DNA of 64,000 nt, taken from NCBI GenBank assembly GCA_019058295.1, contig JAHPZI010000028.1, positions 96,001 to 160,000 of the forward strand, given 5' to 3'. This document shows, piece by piece, positions 20,067-29,638 of the stretch; the stretch's first letter is position 1; every line of letters starts with the position of its first letter. The DNA is from Promethearchaeota archaeon (GTDB taxonomy: Archaea; Asgardarchaeota; Lokiarchaeia; Sigyniarchaeales; SOKP01). The notes under the pieces are model-generated. The model was given only the letters and a program-made list of their open reading frames with translations. It made no database searches and had not been told where the DNA came from. The translations under genes and the position numbers were made by a program.

Positions 20067-22466
20067 ATGAAATCTGAGGCTATATTAAAAAGAACTTTAA
20101 GATTGAAAAACAATCTATTGTCAAGTCCTTACGAGATATGCATAGAACGAATCAAATCTGTTACCAAAATCTATAATGAAAATAAAGAAGACCCTGAAAT
20201 CATAAAAAAGGCCAAGGCTATTGCTCATTTATTAAGAAATATGACGATTTTTATTCGAGACGATGATTTACTAGTTGGGAACGAAACCAGCAAAAATTTG
20301 GCAGAAAAAATCAATTGTGATTTATTTTCTTATGAAGGGGCTTTTGGTAAAAGAGATAACGTCAAAAAATTTGTAGAAAGAAAACTCCAACCTTTTAAAA
20401 TTGAAGATCATGAAATCGATGAATTATTAGAAATAATTCCAATTTGGAAAGATAAGGCTTTATATAGCAATATAATATATCAACGACTATTAAAAGAGAA
20501 TTTACTTTCAGGAAATGGTTTAAATGCATCAATGGCACCTAGTATCGCCGTTTTATCGGGAACCAATGAAGGTCATATATCAATGGGATACGAAAAACTT
20601 TTAAAATTAGGCTATAATGGAGTTATTAAAGAGGCAGAATCGTATCAAGAACTTCTAGATAAGAACGATCCTGAATATAAAAAAAAAAATGACTTTTACG
20701 AAGCTGTGAAGATATATTATACAGCTGCGATGAATTACGCTAGGAGATATTCAATTTTAGCTAATTTAATGTCTCGAGAAGAAAAAAATCAACAGCGTAA
20801 GAACGAGCTTAATTTAATCGCCAAAACTATGAAATCTATCGCAATTGAACCTCCAAGTTCTTTTTATGAAGCAATTCAATATATTTGGTTTACTCAAAAT
20901 ATTGCTAATATCATATTTTCTAGAAGTGTATTAGCCTTAGGGAGATTAGATCAACTACTGTGGCCATATTATCAAAAAGATTTGAGAGATAATAGAATAT
21001 CACAAGATTTTGCCCTCGAATTGATTGAAGAATTGAATTTAAAATTAACTTGGAATTGTACATTATTACCTACGGATTACACTACCATATCGAACGCTCT
21101 CGGTTTGAACACGCAAACTATTACAATATCAGGTATGGATAAGGAAGGAAAAGATGCTACAAATGAGATTTCGTATCTTTTTCTAGAGGCCTATAAGAAC
21201 ATAAAATCTCTTACGTCGGATTTATCCATTAGAGTTCATGAAAATACTCCTAAAAAATTTTACATTGAGTGTATAAAGGTGTTCAAAACAACTTCTGGAA
21301 TCGCTTTTTATAACGATGATGTAATAGTTCCAGCTCTAGTTAAATCAGGGTATTCCTTAGAAGATGCTCGTGATTACGTCCTTATTGGATGTGTGGAACC
21401 AACCGGTCAAGGGAATTCTTTTGCAGCGACAGGAAGGATGTTTTTGAATCTACCTGGTGTGTTAGAATTTACTTTAAATAATGGATTTAGTAATGTATCT
21501 AGACAAATAGACGGTTTAGAAACAGGAGATCCCGGAGATTTTGCGACATTTGAGAGTTTCTATGATGCTTTTGCTCGACAGCTCCATTTTAATGTCGAAA
21601 AAACTGTGAAAATTGCGAGAATAGGGGATGAAGAAGTGATAAAATATTTCCAACAACCCTTTGTTTCTGCAAGTCTCGAGGGTTGTATGGAAAGTGGGAA
21701 AGATTACACTTCTGGTGGGGCTAAATATAATTTTTCTTCTATAACCGCTTATGGTTTTGGGACTTTAGTTGACTCTTTTTACATTATAAAAAAGATAGTT
21801 TATGATGAGAAAATAATGTCTTTGCCAGAATTAATTGAAATATTAAACTTAAATTTTAGAAGAAAAGAAAATATTCGGCAAAGTTTTATAAATAAATATG
21901 AAAAATGGGGCAATGATAATGACGATATCGACAAATTAGCAGTAAGATTGTGGGATACTTTTTGTACTGAAGTTGTTAAACATAAAACCATAAGGGGTGG
22001 TCATTATAATCCTGGAGCTTATTCAATGGGAATACATGTTATGATCGGCTTTATAACAAGAGCGTCAGCTGATGGTAGAAAAGCAATGCGCCCCCTTTCA
22101 AATAGTTTATCACCTGTAAATAATGTTGAAAAAAGTGGGATCACAGCGACACTTAACTCTATAGCTAAATTAAATTATGAATTGGCCGCCAATGGTGTAG
22201 CTGTTAACGTACGATTTCATCCCCTAAACTTTGAAAACGATGAAAATGTAGAAAAATTTTATCATCTCTTAAATGGATATTTCGGTTCAGGGGGAATGCA
22301 AATTCAACCTACAGTTGTTTCGACTGAAACCCTTAAAGATGCTCAAAAACATCCTGAAAATTATCCCGATTTAATTGTAAAAGTCGGAGGATATAATGCA
22401 ACCTTTGTTGATCTAGGAATCCCAATTCAAATGGATATAATCGATCGTTTAGAAAACAATTTGTAA
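20067..22466 (+). CDS. Glycyl radical enzyme (PFL2/dehydratase-like family)
   Basis: GRLDQ, Cys loop IGCVEP, ADGRK..PLS, Gly loop LIVKVGGY. Confidence 0.92.
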   Translation: MKSEAILKRTLRLKNNLLSSPYEICIERIKSVTKIYNENKEDPEIIKKAKAIAHLLRNMTIFIRDDDLLVGNETSKNLAEKINCDLFSYEGAFGKRDNVKKFVERKLQPFKIEDHEIDELLEIIPIWKDKALYSNIIYQRLLKENLLSGNGLNASMAPSIAVLSGTNEGHISMGYEKLLKLGYNGVIKEAESYQELLDKNDPEYKKKNDFYEAVKIYYTAAMNYARRYSILANLMSREEKNQQRKNELNLIAKTMKSIAIEPPSSFYEAIQYIWFTQNIANIIFSRSVLALGRLDQLLWPYYQKDLRDNRISQDFALELIEELNLKLTWNCTLLPTDYTTISNALGLNTQTITISGMDKEGKDATNEISYLFLEAYKNIKSLTSDLSIRVHENTPKKFYIECIKVFKTTSGIAFYNDDVIVPALVKSGYSLEDARDYVLIGCVEPTGQGNSFAATGRMFLNLPGVLEFTLNNGFSNVSRQIDGLETGDPGDFATFESFYDAFARQLHFNVEKTVKIARIGDEEVIKYFQQPFVSASLEGCMESGKDYTSGGAKYNFSSITAYGFGTLVDSFYIIKKIVYDEKIMSLPELIEILNLNFRRKENIRQSFINKYEKWGNDNDDIDKLAVRLWDTFCTEVVKHKTIRGGHYNPGAYSMGIHVMIGFITRASADGRKAMRPLSNSLSPVNNVEKSGITATLNSIAKLNYELAANGVAVNVRFHPLNFENDENVEKFYHLLNGYFGSGGMQIQPTVVSTETLKDAQKHPENYPDLIVKVGGYNATFVDLGIPIQMDIIDRLENNL

Positions 22467-22590
22467 TAAAAGAACGTAAAAATTTATTTTACATAGGGTT
22501 TAAATATAGTTTTTTTTATTATAGAACTATTATTTTCTATTCTATTAATTTGAATAACAGTAAAACCATTAAATAAAAAAAGGGTTAATT

Positions 22591-23322
22591 ATGGAAGATA
22601 TTGAGATTCTTATAGGTATTTTTAGTTTAATTTTTTGTTTCATTGCAACTTTAATAGGGCTTCTTATCGCATCAAAATATCGTAAATATAAACAAAATAC
22701 TTTGCTCTATGTGGGAATTTCAATGCCCGGATTATCATTACCATGGTATCCTAGTTGCATTTCATTTTTAATGGCACTGATCACCGGTGAAGGGCTACCG
22801 CCTCAAATTTATTTCTTAATCGGAAATGCTTTTATTCCAGTTACATTATTACTTTGGATATTAGCATTTACAGAAATTATTTTAAAAAAAAACAAAAAAA
22901 TAAAAAAAATAATAATTCTAATAGTATACACTGTTATAGGAATAATATTTGAGATCTTTTTGTTTTATACCGTCTTTACAGACTATAATTCAATCGGAGA
23001 ATTAAAAGGATCTGTTGATGTTGAATATTACGGAATTACAAGATATTACTTAATGTTCACCTTATTAACATTATTTATTTCAAGTTTATTTGGTATTATT
23101 GAAAGTATTAAATCCGATAACGCTGATATTAAGTTAAAAGGAAAATTTCTTCTGGCTGGAATTATTTTATATACCATTGGTGCAATATTTGATGGATTTA
23201 TACCTCAAACATTCGTTACATTACCAATAGTAAGAATAATTTTAATTACAAGTATTCTCATGTATTATAACGGCTGGATTTTGCCTAAGGCAGTGAGGAA
23301 CCTGTTTTTAAAGGAAAAATAA
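22591..23322 (+). CDS. 7TM membrane protein, tandem paralog 1
   Basis: Seven hydrophobic segments; highly similar to the next gene. Confidence 0.8.
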   Translation: MEDIEILIGIFSLIFCFIATLIGLLIASKYRKYKQNTLLYVGISMPGLSLPWYPSCISFLMALITGEGLPPQIYFLIGNAFIPVTLLLWILAFTEIILKKNKKIKKIIILIVYTVIGIIFEIFLFYTVFTDYNSIGELKGSVDVEYYGITRYYLMFTLLTLFISSLFGIIESIKSDNADIKLKGKFLLAGIILYTIGAIFDGFIPQTFVTLPIVRIILITSILMYYNGWILPKAVRNLFLKEK

Positions 23323-23458
23323 GATAATTATAATTAATTATAACCTTTTGTTAATTTCTTTGTATTGATTTAAATAAAAGTTCTAATATTTATTAATTAA
23401 AAAAATCTTTTTCTTATTGAATAAGATTATTGAACATTATTAAAAAAAAGGGTTAAGT

Positions 23459-24178
23459 ATGGAAGATATTGAGATTCTCATTGGTAGTTTTAGCTTAATT
23501 TTTTGTATTATTTCAACTGTTATAGGTCTTATTGTCGCATCAAAATATCGTAAATATAAACAAAATACTTTGCTTTATGTGGGACTTTCATTGCCTGGAT
23601 TAGCATTACCATGGTATCCAAGTGCCATTTCATTTTTATTGGCACTGGGTACCGGTGATGGGCTAACCGCTCCAGTTTATTTCTTGATCGGAAATGCTTT
23701 TGTTCCAATTTCATTATTTCTTTGGATGTTAGCATTAACAGAACTTATTTTTAAAAAACACCAAAAAACAATTCTAATAATATATATTGTTATAGGTATA
23801 ATTTTTGAAATATATTTTCTTTATACCCTCTTTACAGACTATACTGAAATCGGAGAATTAAAAGGAGCTGTTGAATGTACATATCACGGAATTACAGAGA
23901 TTTACTTAATATTCACGTTATTCTCAATATTTATTACAAGTGTATGGTTTAATATTCATTGTTTTAAATCTGATGATGCTGAAGTTAGGTTAAAAGGGTT
24001 ATTTCTTATGATTGGTCTGATTTTATATGTCATTGGTGCTATCGCTGATGGATTTATACCTCTAGACTTCATTACATTACCAATAATAAGAGTGATTTTA
24101 ATTATTTCGATGATTATGTACTATCACGCTTGGATCCTTCCGAATTATGTGAAGAAACTATTTTTAAAGCAAGAATAA
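23459..24178 (+). CDS. 7TM membrane protein, tandem paralog 2
   Basis: Shares MEDIEILIG, ASKYRKYKQNTLLYVG, PWYPS, GELKG and DGFIP with paralog 1. Confidence 0.8.
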   Translation: MEDIEILIGSFSLIFCIISTVIGLIVASKYRKYKQNTLLYVGLSLPGLALPWYPSAISFLLALGTGDGLTAPVYFLIGNAFVPISLFLWMLALTELIFKKHQKTILIIYIVIGIIFEIYFLYTLFTDYTEIGELKGAVECTYHGITEIYLIFTLFSIFITSVWFNIHCFKSDDAEVRLKGLFLMIGLILYVIGAIADGFIPLDFITLPIIRVILIISMIMYYHAWILPNYVKKLFLKQE

Positions 24179-24321
24179 GACAATTTTAATTATTTATACC
24201 ATTTTCTTAATTTTTTTTTATTTTTTTTAAAATAAAAGCTTCATACGCTTTCTTATTATAATTTGAATAATAATTTGTCACACACTATATCAATAAATCT
24301 TATTTCTACTAATTTTTTAAT

Positions 24322-25578
24322 ATGACAGTTCTAACTAATGATGATATTAGTTATATTACGAGGATACTGTTATTATTGAATGATAATATTAAAGATTCCT
24401 CTGTCTCTCGTCAAGGTCTCTCTAAACGCATGGATATGAACCGTAATTATCTTGAGGATTTACAAAAAAGAACAGGCAAGTACGATCAATACATTAAATT
24501 TTTTGATTTAGCCATAAACATTCTCTTAATTGATAAAGATAATTTCAAGTTCAAATCTAAAACACATTACGAGAGATTTAGGGAAGGTTCTTTAGAGCTA
24601 ATATTTCAAGAGATGGTTAGAAAAGGTGTTTATTCGGATGAACTAGTTATCAATTTACAAAAAGCTCAATTTAAAGCTATAAATTATACTCTTTATGCGT
24701 TAACAAAAGCTATGTATAATAAGTTTTCTGAAGATGAGCTCAATCAATTGAAAGAAGGACGGTCCAATAAATTTTTATATTCAATGACTCGGCTTAGTAA
24801 TGATATTGGGGGAGTGGAAACTCTCTCCCAGACTTTGCGTTATGAAATGTTTATAACCCCTGAGAAGATTGCTCTAATTAAATCAATAATAAATCAGTAT
24901 GAGGCATTTGCGTTTGATGAATGTAGATATGCTAAAGAATTAATGGAGGAGATCCCAAGATTAAGAACTAGTAAACGTTCTGCATATATCGGAAGAACAT
25001 CTCATCCAATTTTAGAAAATTTTTTCAGAAAAGTGTGGATCTTAAAGATGAAGATACGATCCAATCACGAATTTGAATTTAATAAACCTAGAAGTAACCA
25101 TAGAATAGATACTTTCTTAGATGTTAGAAATCAGAAGCAATTAAAAGACTTATTAAAAATCTCTTCTGACAAATCTTTAAAGAATTATAAGACATTGTTT
25201 ATTGATTATATTATCCCCTCTTTAAAAGCTCTAAAAAAATGTGTTTTTAGTAAGTTAAGTCCTGATAAACATTATCTTGCTAAAGATCGTGCTTTAATTA
25301 TTGTTTTCTATAGTTCCTATAGCGATAAAATCTTTGAAGAAATAGAGAAACTACTCAATAAGTCGAGTATTCCATATAAAAATAATGTTAGATTCATAGA
25401 TATAATGGATTTTGCTGATTTGTTTAATCTTGATGAATTAAATATTCAGAGATTAAAAGATATAAATAGGATAATCAAGGATGCTATGCTGGGGAATGAT
25501 AAATCTTTAGAGACTCTAGAAGCTATGTCTAATTCTGCTTTATATGAACTTAGTAGAGCTGATAAAAGAAAGAGCTAA
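24322..25578 (+). CDS. Hypothetical protein, possible HTH plus degenerate PD-(D/E)XK domain
   Basis: 418-aa ORF; H..LE...E....RID...IDY pattern. Confidence 0.45.
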   Translation: MTVLTNDDISYITRILLLLNDNIKDSSVSRQGLSKRMDMNRNYLEDLQKRTGKYDQYIKFFDLAINILLIDKDNFKFKSKTHYERFREGSLELIFQEMVRKGVYSDELVINLQKAQFKAINYTLYALTKAMYNKFSEDELNQLKEGRSNKFLYSMTRLSNDIGGVETLSQTLRYEMFITPEKIALIKSIINQYEAFAFDECRYAKELMEEIPRLRTSKRSAYIGRTSHPILENFFRKVWILKMKIRSNHEFEFNKPRSNHRIDTFLDVRNQKQLKDLLKISSDKSLKNYKTLFIDYIIPSLKALKKCVFSKLSPDKHYLAKDRALIIVFYSSYSDKIFEEIEKLLNKSSIPYKNNVRFIDIMDFADLFNLDELNIQRLKDINRIIKDAMLGNDKSLETLEAMSNSALYELSRADKRKS

Positions 25579-25771
25579 CCAAGAAAATTTTTCTTAATAA
25601 TTAGTGTTTTCTAAATTAGGATAAAATCACTAATCTTTATATTTCTTTATTATATATTAAATTAGTTCCATAATATTCTAAACATTTATTAGAACTAAAT
25701 ATATAAGTGATAAAGGATTTTTGATATGATAAAGAAGAATACAATATTAACGAAATATAAATATTGCCAGC

Positions 25772-25883
25772 GCCAGCGTATAAAACTTATAGTTAATATA
25801 AGTTTACGCAACCGAGTAGTAAGGAGGCGGCCTGCAGAGCCGTTGCGCAAGCAGCGTGGGTGCAAATCCCACCGCTGGCTCCA
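25772..25883 (+). tRNA. tRNA-Cys(GCA) with intron 25782-25811 (position 10/11) and long variable arm; CCA encoded
   Basis: Acceptor GCCAGCG/CGCTGGC, U73 plus CCA; anticodon arm GCGGC-CTGCAGA-GCCGT; T arm GTGGG-TGCAAAT-CCCAC; D stem TCCG/AGGA forms only after intron removal; adjacent to cysS. Confidence 0.9.
25782..25811 (+). other. 30-nt tRNA intron with relaxed bulge-helix-bulge (HBh') motif
   Basis: 4-bp helix GCGT/ACGC, 3-nt bulge ATA, 9-bp intron stem AAACTTATA/TATAAGTTT, 3' site AA|C. Confidence 0.82.
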
Positions 25884-25935
25884 TTTTATTAATAAATAAG
25901 TAGTTTAAACTTGATTTTTTGGTGATCTCAATATT

Positions 25936-27369
25936 TTGATGGTTTATAATAGCTTGACATTCCAGAAAGAGGAATTCAAAACAATCAAACCAAATGAAGT
26001 TCTAATGTATGTCTGTGGTCCCACGGTGTATGATAGCCCTCATTTGGGGCATGCTAAATCTGCTGTTGCTTTTGATCTTGTCCATCGTTATTTAAAGTTC
26101 AAAGGCTATAATGTGAAATTAGTAAAGAATTATACTGATATTGATGATAAAATAATACAAAGAGCAAATGAAAGGAACATAGATTTTAATTCATTAAGCG
26201 AGCAATATATAAAAGAATACGAGGATATCATGAATGCTTTAAACGTCGAAAAGGATTATATGAATCCACGAGCTACGGAAACCATCGATTTTATGATTGA
26301 AGTAATTCAAGGATTAATCAAAAATGAGCATGCGTATGAAAGAAATGGTTCTGTATATTATTCTGTTAAAACTTTTCCAAAATATGATTCGATATTTCAG
26401 AATGTAAAAAAAGGAGAGATACACGATGAAAATGAGGATATTGAAGATCAGGATATTGCCTATGGAGATGATAAAGAAGATCTCCGAGACTTTGCATTGT
26501 GGAAAAAACACAAAGAAGGAGAACCTTATTGGGAAAGTCCCTGGGGTAAAGGTCGCCCTGGATGGCATATTGAATGCTCGTCCATGTCAGTTAATATATT
26601 AGGTGAAACTCTTGATATCCATGGAGGAGGTCAAGATTTAAAATTTCCACATCATCGAAACGAAATAGCTCAATCAGAAGGGTATACAGGAAAGAAATTT
26701 GCAAATTATTTTATGCACAATGGCTTTGTTAATGTAGATGATGAAAAAATGTCAAAAAGCCTCGGAAATTTCTTTTTAGTTTCGGAGGTTATAAAAAATT
26801 ACGACCCAATGGTAGTAAGACTATTTCTATTTTCAAGCCATTATCGAAGTTCTATCAATTATTCTTTAGACAATATGAATCAAGCTAAAAAAAACTACAA
26901 TAGGCTTTTAAGTACTATTAGAAATATCCACGAGCTAAATATAAAAGATATTTCTTCTAAAAATATTAAAGAGTTGATTTTAGAAATCGAAAAGGCAGAA
27001 AAATCAATTATCGAAGCTATGGATGATGATTTTAATACTCCCATTGCTCTTGCTGAGTTCTTAGGATTATTTAGAGTAATAAACAGAGAAGTATTAGAAA
27101 ATAAAGTACCTATTAATAAAGATTTCAAGGATAAATTCTTTAATTTTGTAGATAATATGAATAAGATATTTGGTTTATTTCCAAATCTAAAAAGCCAATT
27201 AACACTAGGGGATGAGGTATCTCTTGATGAAAAGGGAACTACTATTCAGAATTTATTGAAAATTATTTATGATGTTAGAGCAGAGCTGAGAACCCGAAAA
27301 ATATATGACTTAAGTGATAAAATCCGTGATAAATTAAAAGAATTAGGCATTAATATTGAGGATAAATGA
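25936..27369 (+). CDS. cysS: Cysteine--tRNA ligase (possible true start ATT at 25933)
   Basis: YVCGPTVY, HLGH, DFALWK, GRPGWHIECS, FPHH.NE, KMSKS. Confidence 0.97.
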   Translation: MMVYNSLTFQKEEFKTIKPNEVLMYVCGPTVYDSPHLGHAKSAVAFDLVHRYLKFKGYNVKLVKNYTDIDDKIIQRANERNIDFNSLSEQYIKEYEDIMNALNVEKDYMNPRATETIDFMIEVIQGLIKNEHAYERNGSVYYSVKTFPKYDSIFQNVKKGEIHDENEDIEDQDIAYGDDKEDLRDFALWKKHKEGEPYWESPWGKGRPGWHIECSSMSVNILGETLDIHGGGQDLKFPHHRNEIAQSEGYTGKKFANYFMHNGFVNVDDEKMSKSLGNFFLVSEVIKNYDPMVVRLFLFSSHYRSSINYSLDNMNQAKKNYNRLLSTIRNIHELNIKDISSKNIKELILEIEKAEKSIIEAMDDDFNTPIALAEFLGLFRVINREVLENKVPINKDFKDKFFNFVDNMNKIFGLFPNLKSQLTLGDEVSLDEKGTTIQNLLKIIYDVRAELRTRKIYDLSDKIRDKLKELGINIEDK

Positions 27370-28038
27370 TTAAAATTTGGCCAATTTTATTTTTCCATTA
27401 TAATACAGCATTTTTCCATCAAAACTAACTTGTACACAGATAATATTGATTTTTTTTTTTCTTGCCTCACTTAATTTTTTAGAGAATTTAGGATCTGTTT
27501 CCCAATTAGGAGCGAAGCTGTCCGCTTTTCGGAATATCAAGAATAATATTATTCCTTTATGTTTAATTATTTCTTCTACATGACGTGTTCCCCGTTCTGT
27601 TGGAGCATCTGGAAATAATGCAAGACCATTTCTCACTAATGTACATCCTTTGACTTCTAAAGGTGTTCCATCTAGTACAAAATCAATTCTGCTCTTTCCT
27701 ATAGTAATTTCCTTATTTATCTCTCTTATTTTTGAGAATTCAGGTAGATAAGAAAAAATTTTCATGGCTATTTTTGAATGTTGTGCACTATCAATTAAAA
27801 CCCATTCGTTGTTATGTTTAACGGCTTTTATGTAGTATTTCAATTTACCACTTGAATTAGTAAAAAGCACTTCAGCCCCCTTAATTAGTAATTCCTTCAA
27901 GCGTCCAGGATCATGGACATGCGCACTTTCCACCCTTCCCTCATATTTAATTTCAGCAATAAAACGGTTCGGTCGGGATAAAAATATGCCTTTCTTTAAA
28001 TTATGTATCTCAAAAACAGGATTTTTTATTTCTTCCAT
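27370..28038 (-). CDS. sfsA: DNA/RNA nuclease SfsA
   Basis: RPNRF, H..DPGRL.EL, SRIDF, EVKG, FPDAPTERG.RH. Confidence 0.93.
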   Translation of the reverse strand: MEEIKNPVFEIHNLKKGIFLSRPNRFIAEIKYEGRVESAHVHDPGRLKELLIKGAEVLFTNSSGKLKYYIKAVKHNNEWVLIDSAQHSKIAMKIFSYLPEFSKIREINKEITIGKSRIDFVLDGTPLEVKGCTLVRNGLALFPDAPTERGTRHVEEIIKHKGIILFLIFRKADSFAPNWETDPKFSKKLSEARKKKINIICVQVSFDGKMLYYNGKIKLAKF

Positions 28039-28154
28039 AAATACTTCTCTTCTTTAAAATTAGGTCTATCTGATAAATTATTCGTCAATATTAAAAAATT
28101 GCTTTATGAAATATAATATAAAGAGATAAAAGGATTTCTTATTTAAGATTACAT

Positions 28155-28394
28155 GTGAATAAAGCAAATAATACGGAGACAGTAGAGAGTTATCGATTTC
28201 ACCATATCGACACTAATAAATGTCGACAATGTACGAGTTATGATTGCGAAGAAGCTTGCTTTAGAGGGATTTATCACGTTATCAATAAAGGTTCAGAACC
28301 TAAATGCATTGTTATAGAAGATCGTGAAGATAGATGCATAAAATGCCATATTTGTACGACACAGTGTAAATATGGCGCCATAAAAATAGATTAA
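28155..28394 (+). CDS. 2x[4Fe-4S] ferredoxin
   Basis: CRQCTSYDCEEAC and CIKCHICTTQC motifs. Confidence 0.85.
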   Translation: MNKANNTETVESYRFHHIDTNKCRQCTSYDCEEACFRGIYHVINKGSEPKCIVIEDREDRCIKCHICTTQCKYGAIKID

Positions 28395-28512
28395 AGTCAT
28401 TTTTTCTTAACGATTAAAAATTTTATTTGACAATCTAATTTTTAATTTATAAATTATAAATTGTAAAAATCAATTTCTTATATAATAGATATAAATTAAA
28501 ATTTGAAATAAA

Positions 28513-29052
28513 ATGATTTCAGAAAAATTAAAATTGGACGATATTGACCGTAAAATAATATCATTAGTTCAAGAGCAACCTCATTTAACTCACACTGAGA
28601 TTGCCGATCAAATAGAAAGAAGCCAACCTACAGTTGGGATGCGTATAAAAAAGCTAGAAAAATCAGGCGTATTACAATTTCAACCTGGTATTAATTTCAA
28701 AAAGGTAGAGATTTTCATGGCAACTGTTGAAGTAAATACTAAAGATCCAGAGCATTTAATGGATATGGCAAAATGCTGCCCGTTCATGCTCAATGCGTTC
28801 CGTGTAAGTGGTGAATATAATGTCTGTATACTTTTAGCGAGTTCAGAACTCAGAAAATTAGAGAATGTTGTGAATTACCATTTCCGTGGGAAACCAGATG
28901 TGAGTAAGGTTTCAATGAATGTTGTAACAGAGATTGCAAAAGATTTTATTCTTCCTATCGATTTTGATTCTGAAGATCACGAACCAACAATAGAAGAAGG
29001 ATGCGGAGAGAAATGTAAATATCTCATCGCTAAAAAAGAAGGTAAGATTTGA
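28513..29052 (+). CDS. Lrp/AsnC family transcriptional regulator
   Basis: LDDIDRKII, HTH SQPTVGMRIKKL, SGEYN. Confidence 0.9.
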   Translation: MISEKLKLDDIDRKIISLVQEQPHLTHTEIADQIERSQPTVGMRIKKLEKSGVLQFQPGINFKKVEIFMATVEVNTKDPEHLMDMAKCCPFMLNAFRVSGEYNVCILLASSELRKLENVVNYHFRGKPDVSKVSMNVVTEIAKDFILPIDFDSEDHEPTIEEGCGEKCKYLIAKKEGKI

Positions 29053-29068
29053 AGTAATAAAAATTTGC

Positions 29069-29638
29069 TTATTCTTCTTTCTCTATCTCTTGAAACTTAA
29101 ATTTGGGTATTTCTTCTTTTAAATGACATCCAGGTCCACAGTAACGTCCGTCGAAATTTTCGATTTGAAAGTCAATAGGTACTACAAAGTCGTGAATACT
29201 TTCAATCAAGATATTTGTCTTGACATTTAGTACATCTACATCTTTCCTAAAACAGAGATCAATTAATTTCTCAATAGTTTGCAAATCTGATGCAGATATA
29301 ATACATAATAGGTTGTATTCTCCGCTAATTTTAAAAGCATGATTAATAAAAGGACAATCTTTAATTTTATCTACGATTTTTTCGACATCCTTCGTTGAGA
29401 TGAATACTATTGTCGATACAATATCGACTTTTTTAATATTAAAGCCAACTTGTTTAGTTATTAAGTTTTTACGCTCTAATTTTATAATTCGGGCGCCCAC
29501 AGCTGGTTGGCTTTTTTCAATTTCCTTTGCGATGTCCGAATGTGTAATATCAGGATTTTTTTCAATCATCTCGATGATCTTTTTATCATCGTCATCAATA
29601 TTTAATAACTCGTTAAATGTTTTTTTTTTCATTTCCAT
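29069..29638 (-). CDS. Lrp/AsnC family transcriptional regulator (paralog)
   Basis: SQPAVGARIIKL, ISGEYN, PIDF. Confidence 0.9.
   Translation of the reverse strand: MEMKKKTFNELLNIDDDDKKIIEMIEKNPDITHSDIAKEIEKSQPAVGARIIKLERKNLITKQVGFNIKKVDIVSTIVFISTKDVEKIVDKIKDCPFINHAFKISGEYNLLCIISASDLQTIEKLIDLCFRKDVDVLNVKTNILIESIHDFVVPIDFQIENFDGRYCGPGCHLKEEIPKFKFQEIEKEE

Noticed and set aside
25766-25772. tRNA starting at the first GCCAGCG
   Set aside because: It would leave 6 extra nucleotides before the D stem after BHB cleavage; only the second copy gives U8-A9 and a proper D arm
25772-25883. tRNA-Sec or selC*-type tRNA because of the long variable arm
   Set aside because: Anticodon is GCA, the fold is canonical 7/5 with a short D stem, and U73 is present; no selB-like gene is nearby
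28513-29638. AhbA/AhbB siroheme decarboxylase pair
   Set aside because: Convergent orientation, classic N-terminal HTH, no H.Y.R-type motif and no heme pathway context
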